64,000 nt of DNA from Phallusia mammillata (taxonomy: Eukaryota), in the NCBI GenBank assembly GCA_965637545.1, contig OZ281497.1:15624001-15688000 (forward strand), in the 5' to 3' direction. The position numbers and the translations under genes are program-made. A model generated the notes under the pieces. The model saw only the letters and a program-made list of their open reading frames with translations. It did no database searches and had not been told where the DNA came from. Position 1 is the stretch's first letter. The number at the start of each line of letters is the position of its first letter. This document shows, in pieces, positions 15,420 to 27,400 of this stretch.

Positions 15420-18400
15420 ATGTATTTTCCAATTGGGTGGCCAAAATACTTGTCGGTGGGGCAAGGAAAAAAATCCTGCCTAAAATGTGTGGTTTGTAAC
15501 CGATATCGGATGCTGTTTGCTGTTTTAACAGAAACCACAGTCAGCATATGGCATTGTAGGGTAAGTCATATTTACCAAGTGCCTAACTATAATGTACTTT
15601 AAAATGGGCATTTAAAAACACACAAAGAGTTTGGAACCTAAACTACATATGTTTTTTGTCCAACCAATGGGTAATGTGACTGGTGGTATTTTTTGCAGCC
15701 TTGTGTTGAGATTGTTTGCTATCAACGCTGTCATGCATCAGTTGCATCAGTTGGGACAAATGAAATGGCTGAATGGAGACAGGACAGTAGCATGCTTGCA
15801 GTTACAGTAAGTTTGACACTCTGTATTTCTTATTTTGGCAATGTTGCCACATTAAAAAACATGCAGCACAATCACTTCGATAATAATACATACAATTTTT
15901 TCGATATTCAAAATACGAAAAAAGTTTACAAGTTGTACATGCGAAAAGTGCAACAAGTCAAAATACAGTGCATAATGCATAATTTGCACTGTTCTAACCT
16001 GAAATGTTTTTGCCTAACTTATGATATGTATTTGCAGACCACCGAGGGCTATCTGCTTCTGTATCAGTTGGAGCAAGATGTGAAAGGGGATAAAGGACTC
16101 AATCTTTATGAATACCAACAGACAAAAACCAACCAAGGTGATGCAAACGAGGTTGTCCCTGCTCTTAGATTGACACTAAAATCAAATGTCAACTACAAAG
16201 TACCTGTCACAAGGTGAGTTATGGCTATTTTGGGGTAAAACTAGAGATGTATGGAATCGGCTAATTTTTGGTTTGGCCGTAACCAAGTATTCGGCAGTTT
16301 TGCCACATAAATTTGGCCGAATCATTTATGACGTCACACGAAGTCATACGTTACGTATTTCACATGAAAACATGAGTTTTTTGACCACTAAAACAATGGT
16401 GCTACACAACAGGATAGATGTGTTTTATTATCATTTCAGTTATGTGACCTTTAAGGTTGCCTCGGTCATGGTTGCCAGCCTGCCAATGAATTACTGACTT
16501 TTTGTCTGAGTGGAAAAATGATAATGTTTTAAAAATAGCATTAATTGACATGATTTTAGTTATGGCACAGATTGAAAGATTGTGTATTGTGCCTTATTAA
16601 GCAGAAAAGACACATTTTACGCTTTAAACTTTAGTTTGTAAATGATTCGGTTTCAGCCAAATCTCAATAAACTATACGGTCGAAACCAAATCTTTGTAAA
16701 AATAGGCGATTAGTAAAACAAATTCAGCAAACCGAATATTCAGTCCACCTCTAGGTAAAACGCTTATTTGTTTATTTGTGTTACCACTGGCAGTATAGAT
16801 TATTGGGACTTATGGGCTGAAAAGTCAAGTCTCACCACACAACAACTGGCTATAAACCATAGTTGAAGACATTAAAAATACCTATCAAAGAAATTGTTTT
16901 GCCACAGTTTGTCATGTGTACAAGATGAACTGTTAGTTGCATTAATGGATGGACGACTTGAAATTCTGTCTTGGTCACATGCAACTGATCAAAGAAAATC
17001 AGTTGCACTTTGTGACATTCCTTTTTCGATGGATATGCATTTGTCTGGTAAGTATCATAACCTAAACACAAATTCAAAACAACAATGACACAAAAAAGGT
17101 ATATCATTTTAGGCACACTTATACGAGCAAGAAATGTTTGTCCTATCCAAGCTGTGTATAGTCCATTCCTGGAGGGCTTTGCATTGGTGTTAAGTGATGG
17201 TAGGGCAGCTCTTGTTGCCATGACACAGTCAAGCAGTGATAATACTGACGAGGAAGATGATGTGAAAGAAGGTGGTTGGAAAACACGAGGAATTTGGGCC
17301 CCTGGGATGGTGAATGCAACATGTGTAGCTGTAAACAACAAATACAGACTACTTGCCTTTGGAACAAGCATGTACGTTAAAAATTTGATTTTAAACTTGT
17401 TTGTTTATCATTTTAAATAATATCTGATATTAAGCTACCTGATATTGTTCAGTGACTACAAAGATTATGTTTTTCTTTCAGTGGTGATTGCTGTGTTTAT
17501 GCAATCGATGATGTTACTGGGAGTCTGACATTATCACACACTATCTCACTGTCACCAACACAATATCCAAATATTTGCAAATCTGTTGGTAAGTGTTGTT
17601 ACACCAATGCTTTGAGAGTTCTGCTATCCTCTTTTTGAGGAGTGAAGTGGAAATGAATTGTAGAAAATTGTACTATATACATATAATTTAAAAGTAAAAA
17701 ATGGTTTCAGCACCATTTTTGTCTTCAATTGACATCACCCTACTTTGTGGTCATTCATTATTGTTGAACTTACGGTGGTAGTAAAAGGAATATGCGAAGT
17801 GTTAGCAATTGGGGGTGGGCTCAATGACTTCTACAAGTACCTCCAAAGCAAACATCACAAACTGAAGTGGTCAATGTTATTGAAATGCCCCCCATGTTTG
17901 GTCGTTGATATTGCCATTGTACTTTTAACTGTGCCGGCAATTTATTAAATACCCAAGTGGTCATGTTCACTTTTAGCTTTAGTGTTCTACACATAATTTT
18001 TTACGTGTGTTTTTAATAAGATTCAATGCACAGCATTACAATTTGTCTTAGTATATTTTGTTATGAATTGTTGACACTAGTGTGTTCAATATTACCAAGT
18101 AGAAGCAAGTGTATGCCAAACAATTCTAGCTGAAGTTTGCTATACTTCCCTGAAATTTATATATTTGTTTTTGTTTCAGGTGCAGTGTTAAAAATGGAGT
18201 GGTCACCAGATGGCAGTGCATTGGCTTTGTCATGGTTACATGGTGGTGTGTCAGTGTGGAGTGTGTTTGGGTCATGCCTCTTTTGCACACTTGCTTCTGA
18301 TAGATCCCATTCTTCTGATGGTACACCCTACATACAGGGTGTTTTCAGATCTATGGTAGGCTCCTAAACTGGTAAAATGTAGTATGTAAATCAATGATAT

Positions 18401-21400
18401 TGGTTTAAGCAGTAGATAACATAAATATAGATGACATAATTTATGGAGGCGGGACTGGGTTTAAATGCAAATTTAGTCTTTTGTTGTCAGAAGTCAAAAT
18501 TCATTTATGGGTGTCTTGCTATAAAAATCTTGCTATAAAAGATTTGAAATAGACTGAACATAAAGCTTGTGCTTATGAAATAAATACGTTTTCGAGCTGT
18601 AACAATACATTTGGGCTGGCAATGTGTATACTATGTTTGTTAATTAATAATGAAACTTTATGATTTTCTATTCTGAAACAGCAATTTATAACAAAAAAAA
18701 TCAAGGTAGAGTTAGGAAAGTGGCAAAATTACATATAATGCCTCAAGTATTGAAACTTTATTTTTGGTCTTCATTTTCCTTGTTGTTTACAACAGTGTTG
18801 GGGAGTGGAAGGATACACGCTGTGGCTGATTGGAAGCAACAATGCGACGGGCAGCTCCCATGGCCTATCCAAGTCAGTCAACCACGAAGGCACGCCTGAG
18901 GACAAGCCACAAAAATCCCTCGATCCGAAATCCCATGTGCAAGACAAAGTTAAACACAACCATAAAAAGGCCAGAAGGAAGTTGGTGACTGAAAATGGAA
19001 ATGGTGTTGCTGAACCTGCATCAAAAATAAACATTGAAGTTGGACAATTGCTTCAAATACAATTTGCCAAAAGTGCTCTTGCTATGAATCCTTGCATGGT
19101 AAGTTGGAAAGTATGTTATCACACCATTGCTGTTGGGAATTTGGGAAATTTAAAAGTTGGTATTGTAAAAGTTTTTTGTAGACTCTTGCCATTAGATATA
19201 CTGTAACAATTCCATTTGCTTGACAGAGTAATTTTTAAACTTAAATAGTCACCCTAAAACAAGACATTTTTGGTTTACCCTATATATTTGACAATTAGTT
19301 ATAAAACCATATCAAATTTTACAATACACCACTGATACATAGAATCTGAAAGGAAGTTTGTGTATTATAACTGGAAATCCATATTAATTCCAACCATAAC
19401 CTCAAATTTCCAAGAAGCATTGGTAATGCGTATAGTAAAACCCACTCTGTAGTATTTTAGCAGAAAAGTTTTGGACCATATTTTAGTGGCACCTGTTTTG
19501 TGAAACCATCTTAAACCTTTACAGCTGGTTCCAAAACTATGTATTTTCTTTGACACAGAGCAACCATTGTCATGTGCTAATGCATAGCGAAGACAAAATA
19601 TACCTCAGTTTGGGAGAAAGGCCTCAAACTTACTCTTTTATCAACCCTGACACATCAGATAAGTCACATTTTGCACGGCGGGACTCTAGTATCTTTCCAA
19701 CATACTCGGACATTCCAAATTCACCCAAAGCAAAAAAGCTTGGGTCTCCCAAACATGGCTCACCAAGGAGAAAGTGAGTTTTCATGAAAAAACTTTGTGC
19801 AGTTACTGAAAAAATGTTTACAAAAAAGTTCTTGACCCAAAATATGGATGTAATTCATAGAGTGAAAATTTGGTTGATTTGTGTGATACAATTTGTCATA
19901 AATTGTAGGTTATCTATTTTGTGTGATCAATTCAACTTTAGTCATTTCATATTTCCACAGGTATTCTGACTGTTTCTATCTTACTGTAAATTTTGCATTA
20001 TTTTTTTAATCCAAACTACTTTAAAGGTCCGTCCCTGCAAGCAATGAACAATTTATGAACCAAATGCATCAGCCACAACCCAGTGTTGAAAACCTAACAA
20101 ATCCAAATGAAACAACTACTGACGGTGCACCGGAAAACAATGCAAGTCTTGGTTCAGCTGTTGCTAATAAGCAGTGGACAATTATACAATTTCCACTCAA
20201 CTACTTGCCCAGCAACTGGCCAATCAGGGTAAGTTTCACTCAGTAACTGCTGGGATGTGATTAGGGATGTTCAAAGTAGAATAATTGGGTATTCTAGAAT
20301 AATTGATGCGAATCTAGAATATCGAATCCAATTCTTATATTATTTTTCACTGAGCAATCATTAATCTTGACAACAACTAAAGTAGACCAGTTTAATACAT
20401 TATAAAACATATTTTTCATTTGTAATGTAAAAAAAAACAACCAAAACAAAGAAAACTGAGAAAAAACTTTGCACAACTCCATTGAAACTAAATGACCCAA
20501 AAGCCACTAAGCCAGAAAAATTAGCATAAGGTTAAAAAATAACTTTTAAAATTTTATTTAGTGATTATTATTATTGCCTTCAGTAGAAGTAACTATGTTG
20601 TAAGCATGCTGTGGTAATTTGATTTGTTGATGGAAGAGGACTGACATAGACTCCCTAGTGTACTAATATATAACGTTTGTTAACCTAAAACAACTGCAAA
20701 AACAGGCACCCTAGCAAAGTTAAAACATTGAGTGATTTTGAATTCCAATTAAACTACCAGCGATTTCGCAACACAAAATGTGAACTTTGCAGCGTGTACT
20801 AAACAAAAGTTGGAAACAATTAGATGCTGGTAAGACGTTGCAAAAAGTCGCCGGTATGTCATTTAATGGCATAAGCATAAACACGTGATCAGATGCGTAA
20901 TCGTTAATTACGCCTCCAACGCACAACCGTCGTTATGGCGTCGTTATAGCGACTCGTGACGTTATAACTTGTATAGCGCTCACTGATTTGACGGCGACGA
21001 TGCACTTGACGTCTTTGCAACCGGTACAATGACCGGGCGTCGACGTAAAAGCATAACACATGTGTTTACATTTTTGCCAACGACGAGAGCACACATTTAT
21101 ATCGGTTCCAATTACCCGATATAAACGGCAAAAATGGATTCGAATGTAACTGGATTCGAATCCAAAGGATTCGTTATTCTACTTTGAACATCCCTAGATG
21201 TGATGTTTGATTAAATATATGTAAATGTTCTTTTGTCAAGTTTGCTGCTGTTGATGAAACTGGCTGCTTTCTTGCGATTGCTGGAAACTTTGGCTTAGCT
21301 CATTATACAGTGACCTCAAGAAAGTGGAAAGTATTTGGAAACATCATGCAAGAAAAAGATATGGTGGTAACAGGTACAACTACAAATCTTGGCTAAAAAA

Positions 21401-24400
21401 TAAGAGAACATCTGCAAAAGAATTTCTATCACAGTAGTAAATTTAGGACCTTTCAAAAATTAATTAAATGGTAACAGATAAGAAGATATGTCTTCCACTT
21501 TTTTGTCTTCTTGGTTTGTATCAGCACACTGTTCAAAAACCATCTACTGTATGGTGGTAACTGGTAACAGGTACATGCCAAAAGAATTCAAAGTGAAAAG
21601 TATAGAAAAACATTTAAGAGAAAACCCAAAAGTGAAAAGTATAAAAAACATTTAGAAATATCTATCAAAATTCTTTAAAATATTTAGGCAAATTTCTTCT
21701 GTTTTTTATGACATTGTTTAAAAACTATGTACTATGCCACCAACAAACTGCAACACCACAGTCAAACACAAACAAAGGTTTACCAGAGTTCAGTTTTTAT
21801 TTTTAATTAATTGACCTTCAACAACTTCCTGAATATGGACATGCCCTTGTACTTTGATTGACAGGTGGATTGACCTGGTGGCAGGATTATGTGGTAGTTG
21901 CATGTTTCAATTTATCGGAGAATCAAGATGAAATTCGACTCTATCCCAGACTTACGAACCTTGACAATGCATTTGCCTGCATCAAGAAAGTTCGTTCACA
22001 GGTCTGTTATTCATGCTGGTATTTATCCTTGCGTAAATTGTATTATTTAGATGAGTTTTGCCTAAAGGTTAGATTGTGGCATAGTTAAAATGAACCATTA
22101 CTTTGTCATCCAAAATAGAAGATAGTGTGAAAAGGCTTTTGGTTCCAAATTTGCACATTTTGAAAAATAATTCGAACACCACCTACCCTGGAAATTGGAA
22201 CCACATCTACCCAGCTTTTAAAAGCTGACTTATTTACTAGTCTATTTCATTTCATTAGTCTAAACTTAAACAAAAACTTTTTTGGTTGTAGATTTTGTTG
22301 GTCAACATCTTCCAGAATCTTCTCATTCTTTTTACTTACGATTGCCGAATATGTGTCTTTGTTCTTTCCAACGATCCGAAAAAGTAAGTAAAATCATTCA
22401 AAAATAGCTCATCTTCTGTTTTGTAAATTTAATGTTTCATTGAGCAATAAATCAGAAAATACTCACTTTTTTTCAAATCAACCATAACTACAGACGTTTG
22501 TGTAGTAATGTTGAATAACTTTGCATTTTACTTTATCACAAATTTTCACCAAACAATCTACTAATAACGTTGTTTTTTGCAGCCCACGGTCGCATGCGTC
22601 TGTTCGTTTTCTGCAAGAAGTATCAATGGCGCGCTACGTCCCATATCCCACACTTGTAGCATCTGTGACACTCACTGCCTTGCACATGGAGAGCGCTGTG
22701 CGAAGATCTTCGTCGTCAACTTCTTTCTGTCGGCCGCAGCGAGAGACTGAAGTTCTCATCATAAACGTTGCAGGTAGCAGAATGGTGCTTTGAATTTGGT
22801 GTTCGCGTTTAAGTAAATTTTTAAAGATTCCACCTTATACAATAGCTATAGTAAACAGTCTTTTGGCTTAATATCAACATGAATTGTTTCTAAAGTGATA
22901 CACGTCACACCCATATTGTAATGGTTATGTTACCCAGATCTCAGAGACGCAAAACTGTTTTAAGTTTTTTAAATGATCGAAGTCAGGCCTTGAATATGAC
23001 TCTAAGTAAGAAGCTTTGATTGAAATTTTGACTCTCTGAACTTAATGCACATTTTTTTACACATTCAGTTGCGGAAAGTCGGCGGATGTGCTTCATTTTT
23101 CCCTCGAAAGTAACTCCCATTTTTGTTTGTAGGTCGTCTTCTGCTTCTTCAGGGATCATCTGAAGAGGAGGAACCCGGCGGACCTCCATCCCCGCAAGAA
23201 GACCAGTTATCACCTCTTCCCCATGAACGGAGGCAGACACGTTTTACTGCACCCGTAGTGCTTGCCTCGTGTGTGGAAAATATATGGACAACTCAGCATA
23301 AAAACAGGTTCATTTATCTATTTTAAAGCTTTTTATCGCCCAAGGAAGTTAAAAGTAAACATTACTAACTTTGCCATAGGAAAATGTATCAATTATATTC
23401 AATAAACAAAACGCATTTTGTGTAGTTTTGTTAGCCATTGTGGGGACAATCTTTAAACGAAATTTGTTAATAAGTTATGGAGAGGTGAATTATCAAACGC
23501 AGTTTCATATCTTGTATGATAAAACGTGCGTGTAAACTATCTAACTTTTGAAGCGTCTTTTTCAATATGAATCACGGGTTTAATCAAACTGTTAAGAAAA
23601 CTTTATGAAAAATACAGTAATTAATTAGAACAGTATTCAATACAATAAATATTATCACTTTTATCACGCTTTTTACAAATCTCATTATTGTAAAGTATAG
23701 TTAAACAAGCGCATTTTACAACAATACCACCGCAGACAATCTCACATTCCACTTTAACATCCTGCTTGGTCAAATCAATTCCACTCGGCTGTGCACATTA
23801 CATGCTATTGTTAAACCCACTCGCGAATTCACAATCTTATGTTTGTGGTTTTCAGGGCCAAAGTACATCTAACCGATGCCCTGTGGCTTGGCTGTGGCGG
23901 TGCAGGCGTAAGAGTCTGGCTTCCACTATTTCCTCCGCGTCCTAACAGGCACAACAGCGCCGATGGTGGCGGTCACCGTGGGTTTGAATTACAACTACTG
24001 ACTGCACGTCGCATCACCCTGGCCTTTTCGCTTGATTCTTGTTACCCACTCGCTGTGCTTTTCAATGAAGCCGTAGTGCTGGGAGTCACGTCTGAAACGG
24101 TGAGAAATGGTTTTCTTAATCGTGCGATACGATACCGATTAAAATTTTACAACAAGTTTCGGTTTCGACCCAAAGTTTTTTGATATTCGACCGAAATCGA
24201 ACTTTATGAGGGTATGAAAATTAATGATTAACTTTCAATATCGCCAATTTAAAACACTAGAAATTAACTAATTGTTGCATCTATAAAGCACGAGCTACGT
24301 TGTCTGCAAAAGTTGTTTTGTTCAGCCTACGGCCTTATTCACCGAAATTGTTCGGTTTCGGCACGAACCTTTTGAAGCGGGTTCGATGCATCACTAAAAT

Positions 24401-27400
24401 TAAGCCGACTGAGATACGTGCAGTTGCATCCTGTCATAAAGTAGTTCCTTTTTGGTAAAATGCGGAAACTGCGCATTATTTGGTGGAATTTTTGGTCACG
24501 TGACTTTTCGGGAACTACCTTGTATGCGTTTTAAGGGATTGCTAAAAATGACTTTGTCAGTGTGCAAACCCGCACTATTCTTCCAAATGAAGTGATCTAA
24601 TCAGTGTATGCTGTACGATGTATTCAGTTGCAAGGTTTCGACGAAAACCTGACAAGTAAGCGGATGAGCGAAAGAAACACTGCGCTTCAATTTTCCACCA
24701 TCGAACGAACCTGCGAGATTTACCTTCACCAGGTGCAGTGATACTTTTCCATTTTGATTCTATTGGTGTTTAAGACTTCAGTAAATCTAATTTTCTTCCG
24801 TAGATTCTCCGTCAGTTGTTACGAAGGAATCTTGGTTACCACGCACTACAACTCGCGTCCACATGCCAAAACCTCTCCTGCTTTTCGCACGTCCTTGAAC
24901 TCATGCTGCACGAGGTAAGAGAATGAATTTCAACACCCAAATTGCACTTAATTTCCAAAATCAAATTCTCAATCTCCCAAGTCCGATTCTACAGTGAATT
25001 TTGTGTGGATTTTTTTAAATTTGTTGGTCAACATTCTACCATCGTTTAAGTTGTTGATCACTGTTGAAAGCAGTGCTCCTTAAAGTTTTATTTTCCTTAT
25101 CCACAACCCCTTTTCACCAAGCAGTCTTTAGCACCCCCAGTTATATATTTCAAAGTAACCACCATTCCATAGCCCTCAATCATGCATATTTGCACCACTT
25201 AGAAAATGAATCGCACACATGGGATCCGTGTTCCCCAGGTTAAGAACCCCCAGCGTTATAGTATTGACTTAAACTTTGTTTGAACTTGTACATTATACGT
25301 TTTCATTGATTGTGGTTTAACACTGAGCACCACTTCAAAAACGAGCACATAGCTAAAAAATTGTATGCTTGTTACCTGGGTACTAGACCGGCCCGATTCT
25401 ACTTATAACTTGGCATTTCATGAATGTAAGTCAAACCACTTTTTTAATACCGACTCCTTTTCCAGGTTTTGGAAGAGGAAGCCACAGCATCGGAGCCCAT
25501 CCCTGACCCTCTTCTTCCAACCGTGATCAAGTTCCTCGAAGAATTTCCACAGTACCTGGAGACTGTAGTTCACTGTGCGCGAAAGACCGAGATTGCATTG
25601 TGGGAATATTTGTTCAACTCAGTGGGGAGTCCCCGAGAGTTATTCGAGGTCAGTAACGTATTTCTGATCAACCGGTCAATTTTTGGTATCTGCTGTATTT
25701 CTGGTTTTAAAACATTTTTTATACCTAAGCTTTGTAAGCTTTGTTGAGTGAAATTAATTTTCAAGGAAATTCAAAAAATCCAATCTTACTTTTTCAAACT
25801 AAAGATTATTTATCTAAATACAAAACAAAACAACATTATCTTTACAACGCGATAAAATACGTATCTGTAGTAAATCGCATGTCGAAAAAGGACATTAAAA
25901 ACCATTTTAAACTTGCATTTTTGTGAATATTTTTTAGGAATGTTTAGAAAACGGGCAGCTCCGTACAGCGGCGTCTTACCTCATCATATTACAAAACCTC
26001 GAACAACTTGCAGTAGCACGACAAGACGCTACACAATTATTCGACCTTGCGCTACAGAAACGGCAATGGGCGCTTGCTAACGAGATAGCAAGGTTTCTCA
26101 GAGCAATCGGTAAGTCGATATGTGGATGATATTGTGTGGTCGGCATAGTGGAATGGCTTTTGATATTACATAGGATTTATTGGGAAAATGTGCGGGGGCT
26201 TAAAATTGCGAAACGCATACACTTGAAGTTAAATATTATGGCCCTAAAATTCGGCTTGCACAAACTTCAGCAAGTATTAAACGAGTGTATTGGTATTAGT
26301 CTTTTCTTTTGAATTAAAGTTTAGGTAAATTGGTTAAATTGTTTGTTGTGTGTGACGCAGGGCAATGTATTGTTAGGCAATCGGGATTGTCATAAGATAG
26401 TTGAAGAAAATACAATGACTATACATCTAATGTTTAAGAAAAAAAGGCTTTTTAATGGAATGGTTGAAAGGTAGTCATTTGGGTGGGAATAATTTTACGC
26501 GCAGCTGAGGAACTCTTGCGAAAACAGTCAATATGACATCACTAAAACTGAAAACTATTTCATCATTGTAATAAGTGGTAAAATTTTTCAGGCTATACCC
26601 AGTTAGTTACAAGAATACCCATAAAATCTGTAAATTAGTTCAATAGTTTGTTTGCTAAACAAACGGTGTAAACCACGACGAACCATTTTTTTATTTGGAC
26701 AACCGCGAGTCTTTGTTTAAAACCTGTTTTGCCAGTCGAAGATGAATTTCTTGAGGACTTACTTTTTTCTGGTATGTGCTGCAGCATATAGAAGCAGGTG
26801 TAGATTCGGTGGCGGGTTTCCACCACTTTTGAGATTTAGCGTTGCCGTTATGCAAATCAAATGTCCGTTTTAGCGTTTTTAGCTAGTATCTTGAATTGTG
26901 TTTCGGTTAGTATTTGTAGTTTCTGTAACTGCCATATAGTCGTAGAGCTAGGCTCGTCATTGTTGGTGTTTATACGTTTTATTTGTTTCTTGCTAATAAA
27001 ACGCTTGTGGTCTTTAAAACTAGATAGACTCACGTTTTGGATTTTACGCAAACATGTGTTTATTTTCTCAACTGTACCATATTTATGTTTTTCATATCAC
27101 TGTGAATTGGCAATTATTATATATAATGCAAGAACACTATATTAACAACTCATTCAAGCGGATAACATTGTATTTAAAATTTAACATTTTTACCCTAACG
27201 AAAAAATATGTTTTATATTTCCAGGAGATGGGGATGCTTGCGCTACCCCACGTCATCCAACCCTCCTAAACGTAAATATTTACCCCGCAGTCACCCCTGG
27301 GTCTCATCACAACACCCCCACCGAACCTGCTGACCCCACATTTAAGTTCAGGTGAGTAAAATATTACTCTTGCCGAATGTTGTTTTGGTGACGTTTGCAC

